Assembly: GCA_951406725.2 (NCBI GenBank)
Contig: OX597822.1
Location: 100,626,001 to 100,690,000, forward strand
Source of the DNA: Octopus vulgaris
Taxonomy: Eukaryota
Direction of reading: 5' to 3'
DNA: 64,000 bases
How positions within the stretch are numbered: position 1 is the first letter of the stretch; the number at the start of each line of letters is the position of its first letter. The notes beneath the pieces were generated by a model that was given only the letters and a program-made list of their open reading frames with translations, searched no databases and had not been told where the DNA came from. Positions 14,045-26,052 of the stretch are shown piece by piece. A program made the translations under genes and the position numbers.

Positions 14045-14412
14045 AAGCGCCGTCTTGACTGGCTTCCGTGTTGGTGGCATGTAAAAAGTACCAACTGTTC
14101 GTGGCTGTTGCCATCCTACCCTGGCACCTGTGCCGGTGGCACATTAAAAGCACCATCCATGCGTGACTGATGCCAGCGCTGCATGTAAAAGGCACCAACC
14201 GATCGTGGCTGTTGCCAGCCTCCGGTGGCACGTAAAAACCACCCACTACACTCACGGAGTGGTTGGCGTTAGGAAGGGCATCCAGCTGTAGAAACACTGC
14301 CAGATCAGACTGGAGCCTGGTGCAGCCTCCTGACTTCCCAGATCCCCGGTCGAACCGTCCAACCCATGCTAGCATGGAAAACGGACGTTAAACGATGATG
14401 ATGATGATGATG
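14045..14412 (+). mobile_element. Family A copy with about four modules
   Basis: Repeated ggtggca(c/t)gtaaaa modules, core and (GAT)n tail. Confidence 0.88.
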
Positions 14413-14800
14413 AAAGGACTACTGGTTAAAAGGTTAGGATACCTTGCTTATGTAGTTGTCTTTGTTGCTTGGTTTTGGATATTATGAATAGCACTTTGAA
14501 CTTTTGTTGCACTTACCTGGCTGCAGAGCCACTTAAGAGAGAGATTTTATTGTGAAATACGATAGTTAACTGGAATTTGAGCTAACCATTCTATTATCTA
14601 CATTGCTGAGGTGAATTCTCTCACATCAGAATAGAATGAAGTTGTTCTTTTGACATGGAGATAATAAATTGAATGCTTGATAATTACTCATAGAACCACG
14701 CCTTTGAAGTTACCTTGCAACTTGCAAGGTAACCTCGCTGGTGGTGTTACACAAAAAACATCCAGTACTCTGTGAAAAAGTCGGTATTATTGATATTAGG

Positions 14801-15041
14801 CGTATTGAAAGGCGGCGTGTTGGCAGAATCGTTAGCATGCCAGGCGAGATGCTTAATGGTATTTCGTCTGCCGTTACGTTCTGAGTTCAAATTCCGCCGA
14901 GGTCGACTTTGCCTTTCATCCTTTCAGGGTCGATTAAATAAGTACCAGTTACACACTGGGGTCGATATAATCGACTTAATCCCTTTGTCTGTCCTTGTTT
15001 GTCCTCTCTGTGTTTAGCCCCTTGTGGGCAGTAAAGAAATA
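14801..15041 (+). mobile_element. tRNA-derived SINE family B, full length, 18-bp TSD
   Basis: A-box tggcagaatcgttag, B-box gagttcaaattcc, gcctttcatcctttc..ggtcga body; TSD ggtattattgatattagg at 14783-14800 and 15042-15059; sits inside a decayed family A copy. Confidence 0.9.
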
Positions 15042-15421
15042 GGTATTATTGATATTAGGAAATATCCTGCTATAGAAGCAGACACTGGAGCATGATGTTG
15101 CCTGCCAATTTGTCAGATCCTGTCAAACCATTCTACCCATACCTGCATGGGGAACAGACATGATATGATGATGATTTTCTGGTAGAAGTACAGTGTTATA
15201 AATGCAAGATTCATTTTGAATGTTTTGTAGTTGTGGATTCTGTGCCCAGCTCTATTTCCTAAGTTAATGTCTGAGATTTAACTCTACTTGCTTAATCTAT
15301 CATATTTTAAAGAATTATTATTTGTAATTCAACACTTATGTTTCTAGATAAATTGTATCATACTGCTTATTTGAAGCATATTTGGAAAGGTCATCCAATT
15401 GTTATAGTGAAATATTTTATA

Positions 15422-15785
15422 CTAGCACTATGACCCGGCGTTGCCGGGTCATAGTGCTAGTGCATGCATATACAGCTGCGTGTGTGTGTACATACACACG
15501 AGTACTGTCCAAATCTCCGACCAATCACATACAGCTAGCTGGCATTCAATTGGCATTTCAAGTTTCAGGCATTTTGATTGGGTTTTGGATAGAAAATTCA
15601 CAAAATAGTCACTTCTATTGATTTTTTAATGGCTTTGCGGGGTGACTGGGGAAATGTAATGATGTGCACGACCACCCTTGGATGGATTTGAATGACCATA
15701 GAAAGTGCGAGCCCTCTAACTGAAAAATTGTGGATTTGTATAAAGGACACACACACAGACATTTTGCCGTTTATATATATAGAGA
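15422..15785 (-). mobile_element. Non-autonomous Helitron, third interior type
   Basis: ctag..cccggcgttgccggg terminus and gccgtttatatatatagaga|t at the other end. Confidence 0.8.
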
Positions 15786-16088
15786 TGAAATTATCCTAAT
15801 TTGCAGAACCATCCATTTATGCAAGTTTAAATGAAATAATGTATAATTCATTAAAACAAAAGTAATCAATTGATTACAAAATGGAATTAAGATAATAGAA
15901 TCTAAATTATTTCTTTAAATCATTTGTTTTATATTCCAATATATGTTTGCCACTCTTTTCTACTTCTAGCTAACTTAGTGGGGTTTATTTTCCTATATCC
16001 TTTAATCCTTTTGTTTCTATATTTTCTGTTGAAATACACTGCCTTTGTTTCTGGTGTTTTGGAACATAAAATTAGCAAGAAACTTTAA

Positions 16089-16308
16089 CCCTTTCATTAC
16101 CAACCCGGCTGAAACCGGCTCTGACTCTGAGTACAAATGTCTTGTTTTCACAAGTTTTGAATTGAAATCTTCCACCAAACCTTAGTCACAATTTATGTTC
16201 CTAACACTAGCTTAATGATAACTAAGTTATTTTACTAAATTCTTTCTAATATTTAAAGTAATTGAAAGAAACACAGAACATCTCAAAATAAATACAGTAA
16301 CAAAAGGG
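16089..16308 (+). mobile_element. piggyBac-like MITE family P2
   Basis: TTAA|CCCTTTCATTAC...GTAACAAAAGGG; nested in an older related element. Confidence 0.87.
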
Positions 16309-16414
16309 TTTTAATAGACGTTTGTAACTCAGATCACTTTAGAAGAGAAAGTTTGTAGGCTGCTATCAAGAATATTAAATGGAAATTTCTTGTTTCATAC
16401 AGATTACAAACTAG

Positions 16415-16663
<249 letters not shown>

Positions 16664-17274
16664 TAATATTCAATTTTTAAAGAAAAAATTATGCCTGGGC
16701 TTTAAAAGATGTTAGATTTAATTTTTCCTTACCTCTTATGCTTTTTAACTTTTCCTTTGACCTACATTTAATATCCATTATGTACTAAGGTAGGGTTATT
16801 TATATATGTGAAAGTATTTAATATACAGAGTTTGTAATTATCTTTTTAAGAAAAGCATTCATTTCAGTTTTTATGTGCAAAAGTTTCTTATGAAAAACCA
16901 TTGAATATAATAGAACAGTTCCCAGTCAGTTGTGATTATTTGAAAGAAAGACTTGGTTTTGACACCCTGTTCCTTTAGTTCTTTTATGTTGTTATATTAT
17001 ACCTTTCCTTCACAATGTTGTTTAGCTCTTAAATATAATCTCAAATAATTTGTGTTGATTGTATTTTTAAAGGAAGTCTTCCTTTTTAAATGTATTGTCA
17101 TGTGTAGTGTTTGCCTATTTCATATAATTCCTACTTTAAAACATTTTTTTTTTTTTTGAAAATATTTTGTATGAAATATTGAAGACTGCATATATCAACA
17201 CTCTAGTTTTCCATCCTCTACCTTTAAGGATCTCTGCTTTTCTGGACATCTAACTAGTTACCACTCACCTTTAA

Positions 17275-17493
17275 CCCTTTAGTGTTCAGATTATTCCATC
17301 AAACATAATGCCTATTGATTCCCATTGATTTGAATTAATCATGCATTATCTCATATCTTCAAGATCTTGATAGTGTAATTACTTAATGTAGAATAACATT
17401 GTAGGGTAGGTGTGAGAGCCTGGATCTGGTCAGTTTGAACAAAAAACAGATTAACTATTTTGGCCGGATATGGCCGGTTTAAATACTAAAGGG
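17275..17493 (+). mobile_element. piggyBac-like MITE family P1
   Basis: TTAA|CCCTTTAG...CTAAAGGG|TTAA termini. Confidence 0.9.
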
Positions 17494-19920
17494 TTAAACC
17501 CATTCATAGCATTTACCTCTTCTAACTCCCAATTGTTGCTACCCTTGCAGCTTTATTTTAAATGGGGTAAGATCCAGAATCCAAGGAAACATGATTGAAA
17601 CACCTGTCCTTTTCCCCTTGAATTCATCTCACTGGAACTCTCTTACTTCTCACACTTTATTATTAATTAATAATCTAACATAAGAGCAGCAAGCTGGCAG
17701 AATTGTTAGCAAAGCAGGAAAAATCTGTAGCAGCATTTCATTCATCTGCACATTCTGAGTTCAAATTCTGCTGAGGTCGACTTTGCCTTTCATCCTTTCA
17801 AGGTTGATAAAATAAGTATCAGTCGAGCACTGGAATCAATGTAACCGATTTAGTCCGTTCCCCAAAACTTCTGGCCTTGTGCCAAAACTTGAAATCAATT
17901 GATAATCTACCATAATTTTGAACAATGTTAACCACATTAATTGCAGTCTAGAGGGACCTTAAAAATGGTTTTAAAAAGCATCTTGTCACCTTCTAAAACC
18001 TACTTCTAATAGACTTGTGACAATAGATTAACATGATTAATTTGTAATTGCATATTAAAATGAGGACATTTTAAATAAAAAAATCCTGACATCTGCCATA
18101 GAAACTTTCAAATATTATGTTACCCATCGTTTTGTGTTACTTTTAAACTCAATTGGCAAAGTCTTTTTAATTTCAAAAACTTTATTAATAAGTATGAAAA
18201 GTTTACAATTAACACTTTTAATCAAAATGTTTATATGAATATTAATATACTAGAAATATACTTTTGCCAATATAGTTACATCAAGAAATATGGCATATAT
18301 AAAGTAATTATAATTTAACTTTTGTCAAACTGATTGAGGCTTATACAAGATGGTGAAATGAATGCTAGCTTTCTGCAGAAAAAAATACAAAACAACATAA
18401 TATACAAAATAATTTGTAAATTTTTGTTTTATTTGAAATATACTTGAACATATATCAGAAGTAGCCTGGATAGTTGGTAACAATTTCTATTTTGATTAAA
18501 TGCCGTTATTGTCAATATTTTATTTCACACCCATTTTCCATGCTGGCTTGTGGATAAATGAGACATTTTCAGGCATTATTTTATGACTAGAAGCCCCATT
18601 CGGTCACTTCTGACAGTCTGTAGTATGTCTGTTTAAAAACTGGGTTGATCCCATGCAGGACTAAGAGTTGGGGATAGAAAGAAAAATATTTCTGTGAAAA
18701 GGAAATCTATTCCATGAATAGAAATGAAGTTAATATATTTTCCTTCTTCATTGTCATATTTAAGATATTTGAATAAAAGTTCATAGGCAAATGAGATCTC
18801 TACTTTTATTTCTGATAATAAATTTATTTAAATATTTGTAGTTTGTATCCTAGTTTATTAAACAGTAAACAAAGCTGTTCACTATTTTCTTTTACTGAAA
18901 TTAGTTAATGAATCGCTTAAAGTCTTTTAATAAAAAAGAAATTCAATAATCCAGTTAAAATTACAAAATTTTAAAGAAAAATATTTGATCACCAATTTAA
19001 AGGCTCCATTAACAAGATTAAATTAATGCTTAAGAATTAAAAAAAAAAAGAAAAGAAAGAAAATGAACAGATTAAAATATGCACTGTTGATAGTTCAATC
19101 ATTTTAATATGGTGTGCTATGAAATGTGATAATGTAATTACCAAAATCTCAAATGGTTGGCACTGCTGTTCAGTTTTAGCTTTGCCTTGTCTTTTAATCA
19201 TTTTTATCATTGTTTTTATGTCTGTTTTTGCACACTAAAAAGACTTAGACAAGAGATATTAAGGCAGTTTTCCTACGGCTAAATACTCATCTCCTGTCAT
19301 CTATCCTTACTTGATTCCCCAAGTAAATTATTCTTTTTATTTCACTGGTTCTCTTCAGGGACCTTTCTTTACTTGATAGGTGCAAACATGGCTGTGTAGT
19401 TAAGAAGTTTGCTTTCCTACAGAATACTTTTCTGATTCTACTACATAACAGCAAATGGCAGTGCCCCAGCATGTAAAATTTGCCTTGAATCTTATTGACT
19501 TCAGATGAATAAGCAGTCAGATAAAACTTAAAAGTCCCAGTTGACACAACTTTTATTTCATGGTGTGTGTGTGTGTGTGTGTGTGTATACACATACACAC
19601 ATGCAACATGCTTTTGTGCAGTTTGTGTCTGTCAATTCCACTCACAAGGCAGTGGTCAGCCAAAGGCTGTATCCCATGCAATGGGGTCTAAACAACAAGA
19701 ATGTGAAGCGAACTTTGTAACCTCACAGCCATACATGCACACCTGCGCTAGCTTTACTTATTTATTTTCAAAGGTGTTTATCACATACTTACATGTTTTA
19801 GAAATAAAATTGTTTTTGCCTAGCCACCGAATGAGATTAATCTAAATTTCATCAATATCTGCTGCCTTTATTAATAGCAATATTATTATATCTTTATTTG
19901 TTTTTGTCTTTTCCCTTTAG

Positions 19921-20154
<234 letters not shown>

Positions 20155-21510
20155 TAACATTTCAGCCTGTAGATATTTATATAAGAAATACTAAAGTAAT
20201 ATATTATTCGCTGTGAAATAACATAGAGAGATAGGGAGACTAATGCTTTGTACATCACCTTTTATTAGAAGCAAAATTGGGAGATATATACAGCTTTCTT
20301 TCTTATAATTTCTCCTTATAGTGTTAGATCCAAAATAGTAGTCTATCCTTAACAGGATACTTTGTGTACTTATTTATTTTTAAAGGTGTTTATCATATAC
20401 TTACATTTATTAGAAATAAGATTGTCTTTGCCTAGGTAGGGCAATAAGATACTAGAGTAAAATTTTGTCTCACACAAAGTATCAGTATGCTTTCATTGAA
20501 ATGGTGTCAATAAGTTGCAGACTCTATTTGCTGATGCAATGGTGCCCCATACCATCTGTCATATATAAATCATTCTTGAGAGTGGGGATTGAACCTATAT
20601 CTGATTAACGTGTCAAGTTCATTATGATCATGTAGCTAACTTTTTATCAACGGAGGCATGGATTTATTTTCTTAACCACAAGCATCTGTTTTAGTAGAAT
20701 GCAAATATATTCATAATTGTACAAACTAAAGCATTTGAAGCTTATTGTAATCAAATTTAACTTTGTATATGACTGGTGCTTTTTGATAATAGTAAAATAT
20801 TAGCTGGATTATAATTAGTGATTGAACATTTTTTTTCTCATCCATTCTTCTTTTGATTTGCTGATCACGTACAATGTCTTCTCTGTGTAAGCGTATTTTC
20901 CACAAGTATCTTATGGCTTGAAGAGAGTGAATGTTTTGGTAGGCCTTATCTGCAAGGTTTACTCTTCATGATGTCACATTGATGCATCAGTTCACTTGTG
21001 AGCCCTCACTCCACCCTATTTTTTTTTCTCCCCTTCTTTGCAGCAGAACCACTTTTTGCAAGAGCTGTCCCTAGTTTTGTAGTTCAACCTACATTCTTCT
21101 CAACAGCTATTAAACATTGCCAGTATATTTACTTAGTCTAATACAAAGCACATAATTCTGCTGTATCAGTCAACATTGCTTGAAATAGGTTCTTCCCTAC
21201 TTAGTAGTTGAAAGGTACATACTAGAAGAAAAGTTCACTTGTGAACAATTAAATGTCTGAATTTGTAACAAACCACTCCTTTACTCAGCAAGGAAAATAA
21301 CACAAGAAAAATAAATACATTGTTCTTTATTATTTACAAAAGAGAAAGAAAAAGAAAATATCAGCAGATTATGATTGCATTTCTTTTCTTTTTTTTAAAA
21401 TTTATTTCTCATTTTAAGTCCCCCCATAATAAAAGGAAAAAAATATGTGAATATATGTTCAAAGTAAATAGTGTCAACACATATGTATCTAACACAATCT
21501 GTCACTTCAG

Positions 21511-21656
21511 AGGCCAACTGCTAAAGAATTATTGAAAACACCATTTATTAAGAAAGCCAAGAAAACAGCATATTTGCATGATTTGATTGAACGTTACAAG
21601 AAATGGAAGCTCTCAGGTGGACAACAGGATTCTTCAAGTAGTGATGAAAATGAAGA
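21511..21656 (+). CDS. GckIII: GCKIII kinase exon, end of kinase domain and basic segment
   Basis: cttcag|AGG CCA...GAA GA|gtaagt; RPTAKELLKTPFIKKAKKTAYLHDLIERYKKWKLSGGQQDSSSSDENE, homologous to STK24 RPTAKELLKH...LIDRYKRWK. Confidence 0.95.
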
Positions 21657-21663
21657 GTAAGTA

Positions 21664-21697
<34 letters not shown>

Positions 21698-21698
<1 letters not shown>

Positions 21699-21857
21699 CA
21701 CTCTCGGAGTGGTTGGCATTAGGAAGGGCATCCAGCTGTAGAAACTCTGCCAGGTCAGATTGGAGACTGGCGCAGCCATCTGGTTCGCCAGTCCTCAGTC
21801 AAATCGTCCAACCCATGCTAGCATGGAAAGCGGACGTTAAACGATGATGATGATGAT
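21698..21857 (+). mobile_element. Family A short copy about 40 nt downstream of a kinase exon donor, preceded by (TAT)n
   Basis: Core and tail only. Confidence 0.85.
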
Positions 21858-22119
21858 TTGTTAAGTAATGTTGTACCATGTATATTCTGTTGAAATTATG
21901 CTTGTTCATCTTTATGTATTCTTTATATTTGTTTAATTAATTGAAGATTTAGGTAGGACTAAACGTAACAATACATTTGTGTATTTAAACTCGGTGTTTT
22001 CATAGACAAAGAGGTCACAAGAAAGAAAACAAGTGCTAGGTGTGCAATATTTATTTATTTATTCATTTTAATGCTCTTTCAGTTTCTTAGGAACCAAGTT
22101 ACATTGGTACACATAAAAT

Positions 22120-22435
22120 CATCATCATCATCATCATTTCAATGTCCACTTTTCCATACTTGCATGGTTTGGACAGAATTCACCGAGACAGATTTTCTAT
22201 AGCTGGATGTCACCAACCCTCACCTGTTTCCAAGTAAGGTAATATTTCTCCATGGCCAGATATTTTTGCAAACAAAGGACCCCACTTGTATGACATCTGG
22301 CCAGTGAGGAAATATTACTTTATTTTGAAAGAGGTGAAGGGTGGAGATGAAAGGCACCTGACTATAGAAAATCTGCCTTGATGAATTCTGTCTGACCCAT
22401 GTAAGGGTGGAAAAGTGGTTATTAAAAATGATAAT
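22120..22435. mobile_element. Two oppositely oriented copies of an older family A-related element (others near 3370-3495, 10500-10635, 23900-24020, 58455-58810, 61785-61900)
   Basis: Shares the gaagggca/tagaaaa core and ccatgcaagcatgg-type tail but has a different 5' part (ggaaatattaccttacttggaaacaggtgagggttgg). Confidence 0.65.
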
Positions 22436-22443
22436 ATCAATGG

Positions 22444-22870
22444 AACACCATCCGAGCGTGGCCGTTCGCCAGCCTCGTCTGGCACCTGTGTCGGTGGCAC
22501 ATAAAAAACACCATCCGAGTGTGGCCGTTTGCCAGCCTTGTCTGGCACCTGTGTCGGTGGCACGTAAAAAACACCATCCGAGCGTGGCCGTTCACCAGCC
22601 TCGTCTGGCACCTGTGTCGGTGGCACATGAAAAACACCATCCGAGCGTGGTCGTTTGCCAGCCTCGTCTGGCACCTGTGTCGGTGGCACATAAAAATCAC
22701 CCACTACACTCACGGAGTGGTTGGCGTTAGGAAGGGCATCCAGCTGTAGAAACACTGCCAGATCTGACTGGCCTGGTGCAGCCTTCGGGCTTCCCAGACC
22801 CCAGTTGAACTGTCCAACCCATGCTAGCATGGATAGCGGATGTTAAACGATGATAATGAATGATGATGAT
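22444..22870 (+). mobile_element. Family A copy with four tandem 63-bp modules
   Basis: Four units ccatccgagcgtggccgtt(t/c)gccagcctcgtctggcacctgtgtcggtggcac(a/g)taaaaaaca, then the core and a (GAT)n-like tail. Confidence 0.9.
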
Positions 22871-23523
22871 TTCTGTGTAGTTAGTCAAGAAAAGGCCACG
22901 ACTGGTTAAGACTAAACTAAGCAAGCAGTGAAAAACCTGGTGTTAGAGCCATTAGTTACCTAGTATTAGCAATTAGAAAAGTGTTACCTTTTGGGTATGT
23001 GTCATTAAACTAGAGCATTACTCCATACTTTCTAATGTCATTTTGGTACTTTTAGCTTTCACAGTGATGACAAGCTTCAAAATGCCACAAAGTCACAGAA
23101 TCATATATAATTGGCAGTAAAACCAGTGTCTTCTAAAAGAAAAAAAGAGAAGAAAAAAAAAAAAGACAAAAATAAATCAAAACAAAAAAAAAATCCAAAA
23201 ACAATTACTGCTTGACTGATTATCTAGTCACCTTTTTAACACATTCAGTGTTATGGTATGTTATTAGTACAACAGACTCTGCTCGACATACCATTTAAAC
23301 AGTAACTTGCAATGGTGAGATGTTAGACTGTGAAATGAATCCAGAAGTTTTTATTTCAGTTGTTTTTATAAATCAGAAGATGGTACACTAATAAAGTGAG
23401 TTGTGGTGATAGAAGCATTATATGGTGTAAAACCTTCATCATCATCATGTAGTTTTAAAAGACACTTGCTCAAGATGTCTAACAGTGAGACTACACCTAT
23501 ACCAAATGGTATATGGTCATGCC

Positions 23524-23533
23524 TGTGTGTGTG

Positions 23534-23592
<59 letters not shown>
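23524..23592. repeat. Compound (TG)n(TC)n(TA)n microsatellite, representative of many (TA)n/(CA)n tracts
   Basis: Directly visible; similar tracts at 3043-3095, 3643-3667, 7692-7723, 26010-26060, 62086-62110. Confidence 0.9.
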
Positions 23593-23594
<2 letters not shown>

Positions 23595-24301
23595 TGTGTA
23601 ATCATATATGCTTGAGTGCACAAACCATATGAAACTTAGGTTAGAGGTATGGCATTTGGATACAAGGACTAAAGGGAGAAATGGCTAAAGTTTGTATAAT
23701 TAATGTATGGAAAGAATGAATTAATTAAAATCTTTTGAAAAACTTGCAAACAAGGAGAAATTATTAAGTGTAGTGAATCAGTAATTGATTTTGAGAAGTC
23801 ACTGGTTTTACAGCCATTTATAATTAATCTGGCAAGTTTGACAGTTGGAACCTGTGTGTGAGTGTGTATATATATGTGTGTGTATTTGTATATGAACCAT
23901 CATCGTCATTGTTTAGTGTTCACTTTTCCATGCTTGCATGGGTCAGATACAACTTGTTGATACATATTTTCTACATTTAGATAACCTTCCTGTCACCAAT
24001 TCTCTCATTTCCAAACAAGTGTTATATATATATATGTCTGCTTTCTATGCTCGCATGGGTTGGTCAATTTGACTGAGGACTGGCAAGCCAGGAGGCTGCA
24101 TCAGACTCCAATCTTGATTTGGCAAGGTTTCTACAGCTTGATGCCCTTCCTAATGCCAACTACTCCAAGAATGTAGTGGGTGCTTTTATTATTCTGTGGT
24201 TTTCTTAAGTAACCTGACTTTATAATGCCATTTGTATGGAAAAAGGGTGCTTTTGACATTCCTAGTCCTGATAATCATATATGATATTTATATCTTGTCA
24301 A

Positions 24302-24494
24302 GGCGGCGAGCTGGTAGAAACGTTAGCACGCCGGGCGAAATTCGTAGCCGTATTTCGTCTGTCGTTACGTTCCGAGTTCAAATTCCGCCGAGGTCGACTT
24401 TGCCTTTCATCCTTTCGGGATCGATAAATTAAGTACCAGTTACGCACTGGGGTCGATGTAGTCGACTTAATCCCTTTGTCTGTCCAAAGAAATA
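24302..24494 (+). mobile_element. SINE family B
   Basis: ggcggcgagctggtagaaacgttagc...gtccaaagaaata; matches the 14811 copy. Older copies near 6285-6490, 17685-17895 and 43185-43375 (-). Confidence 0.88.
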
Positions 24495-24645
24495 TATAAC
24501 TTTTTTGTTTGTGTCTAAATTTATTTGTTAATATGCCTTATTTGACCTATTAAGTTAAATTTTAGTTAAATTTGTACTATTTGATAATAGTTACTTTCAA
24601 AACTGTTAGTATCAAATCGAATGAATATTTTTTTTTTCTTTCTAG

Positions 24646-24754
24646 TTCTGATATTGAAAATGAACATTGGAATGATGATTGGATAATGACCCGAAGGTCT
24701 TGTGATCCTAAGAACGGAGATGGAGCCAATGCATTAAAAGCCACAGACTCAAAG
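24646..24754 (+). CDS. GckIII: GCKIII linker exon
   Basis: ttctttctag|T TCT...TCA AAG|gtttgt; phase 2 entry matches the previous exon; (D)SDIENEHWNDDWIMTRRSCDPKNGDGANALKATDSK contains the DDW-I-x-T motif seen in GCKIII linkers (W-x-F-T-I/V-R). Confidence 0.9.
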
Positions 24755-25143
24755 GTTTGTAAATAAACACTTATTAAAAGAAATTCTTCTGATTAACAGT
24801 TTGCCTTCACCATAGTGAAGTTGTTTCAAGGCAAGTCTCACAGAAATTTCATCATCATCATCATCATCAGTCTACACTTCTGCTTTCGATATTATTCCAA
24901 TAATTCCGGATATCTTCTTTACTTCTTATATAGGATTTATTTAATTAAATTGGTTTGGGGAATACAAGTTTAGTATCACCTGTATACCTTAGCTGTTTGA
25001 TCAGATTTGTAAAAGACTGCCACACGGAAAACTTATTTACTTTTCTTAGTAGTTTCTTCCCTTTTATTCTCACCTTATTGTTTTGCTCTTTGTCAAATGA
25101 CTGGTTTTAGTTTTTACTTCTTCTGAGCTGATTCACTCTTTAA

Positions 25144-25363
25144 CTCTTTCGTTACCCACCTGGCTGAAACCGGCCCTGGTTCTGACTACGAATGTCTTGT
25201 TTTCATAAGTTTTGAATTAAAATCTTCCACCAAACCTCAGTCACAATTTACGTTCCTAACACTAGCTTAATGATAACTAAGTTATTTTGATAAATTCTTT
25301 GTTATATTTAAAATAATTGAGAGAAACACAGAGCATCTCAAAATAAATACGGTAACAAAAGGG
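25144..25363 (+). mobile_element. piggyBac-like MITE family P2
   Basis: TTAA TSDs; matches the 16089 copy. Confidence 0.87.
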
Positions 25364-26011
25364 TTAAGAAGATTGTCATCACGTTTTGTGAGGAGGTTAA
25401 ATGAACTTCCTTCCCAGTTACAGTTTTTCATTATCAACAAATGACATTTAGATGCTCTTGATATTACATTTTGTGTTTCTGTCACCTGTAACTTAACAAA
25501 CAAACAAACAAGAACAGTTTCCAGTTTTAGGTCAAGTAGTTTATTTCTAGGTATATGTTACCCCACCAAATTGTTCACCACTGAATAAATGTCATGTTTG
25601 TACTTGGACAGTTGAAGTTATTGGTATGGACAGTGATTAGTATCACATACTTACACAGCATGATCTTACCATTCTTCCTCTTCTTTTTTTAACTATTAAA
25701 CCACTCTGTTTCTTAGTCACTCACTTTACTTTCAATAGCAGTTGGGTGTGTACTTTACAGCTCTTTCAGTATTTCGTGGTTGATTGCTTTTATGAAGGCG
25801 AAGTTGTAAAATATCAGATGTATTAATGTTATTTAAAACAAAAAGAAAAAAAAACTCTCTAAAAATGGTAACTAAAAAGATAGGTTAATTTAGTTCATTA
25901 CTTATGTTGCTATGTCAATTTTATCATGATATCACATCACAGGGTGACCAAAGCTTTGAGTGGATTTGACAGACAGAAACTCAGAGCCCATATGTATGTA
26001 TGTATATGTGT

Positions 26012-26052
<41 letters not shown>

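Noticed and set aside
22458-22500. Resemblance of the module (GGCCG..CCAGCCTCG.CTGGC..G.CGG.GGCA) to the HDV genomic ribozyme
   Set aside because: I could not build the P1/P2/P1.1/P4 nested double pseudoknot or the catalytic J4/2 C; the similarity appears superficial.
22444-22700. CRISPR-like array
   Set aside because: Units are contiguous near-identical 63-mers with no unique spacers, inside a eukaryotic retroelement; no cas genes.
22315-22830. 171-aa ORF with 21-aa repeats, and similar LQLDALPNANHS ORFs throughout
   Set aside because: Antisense translation of family A; frames stay open because the unit is 63 nt and GC-rich.
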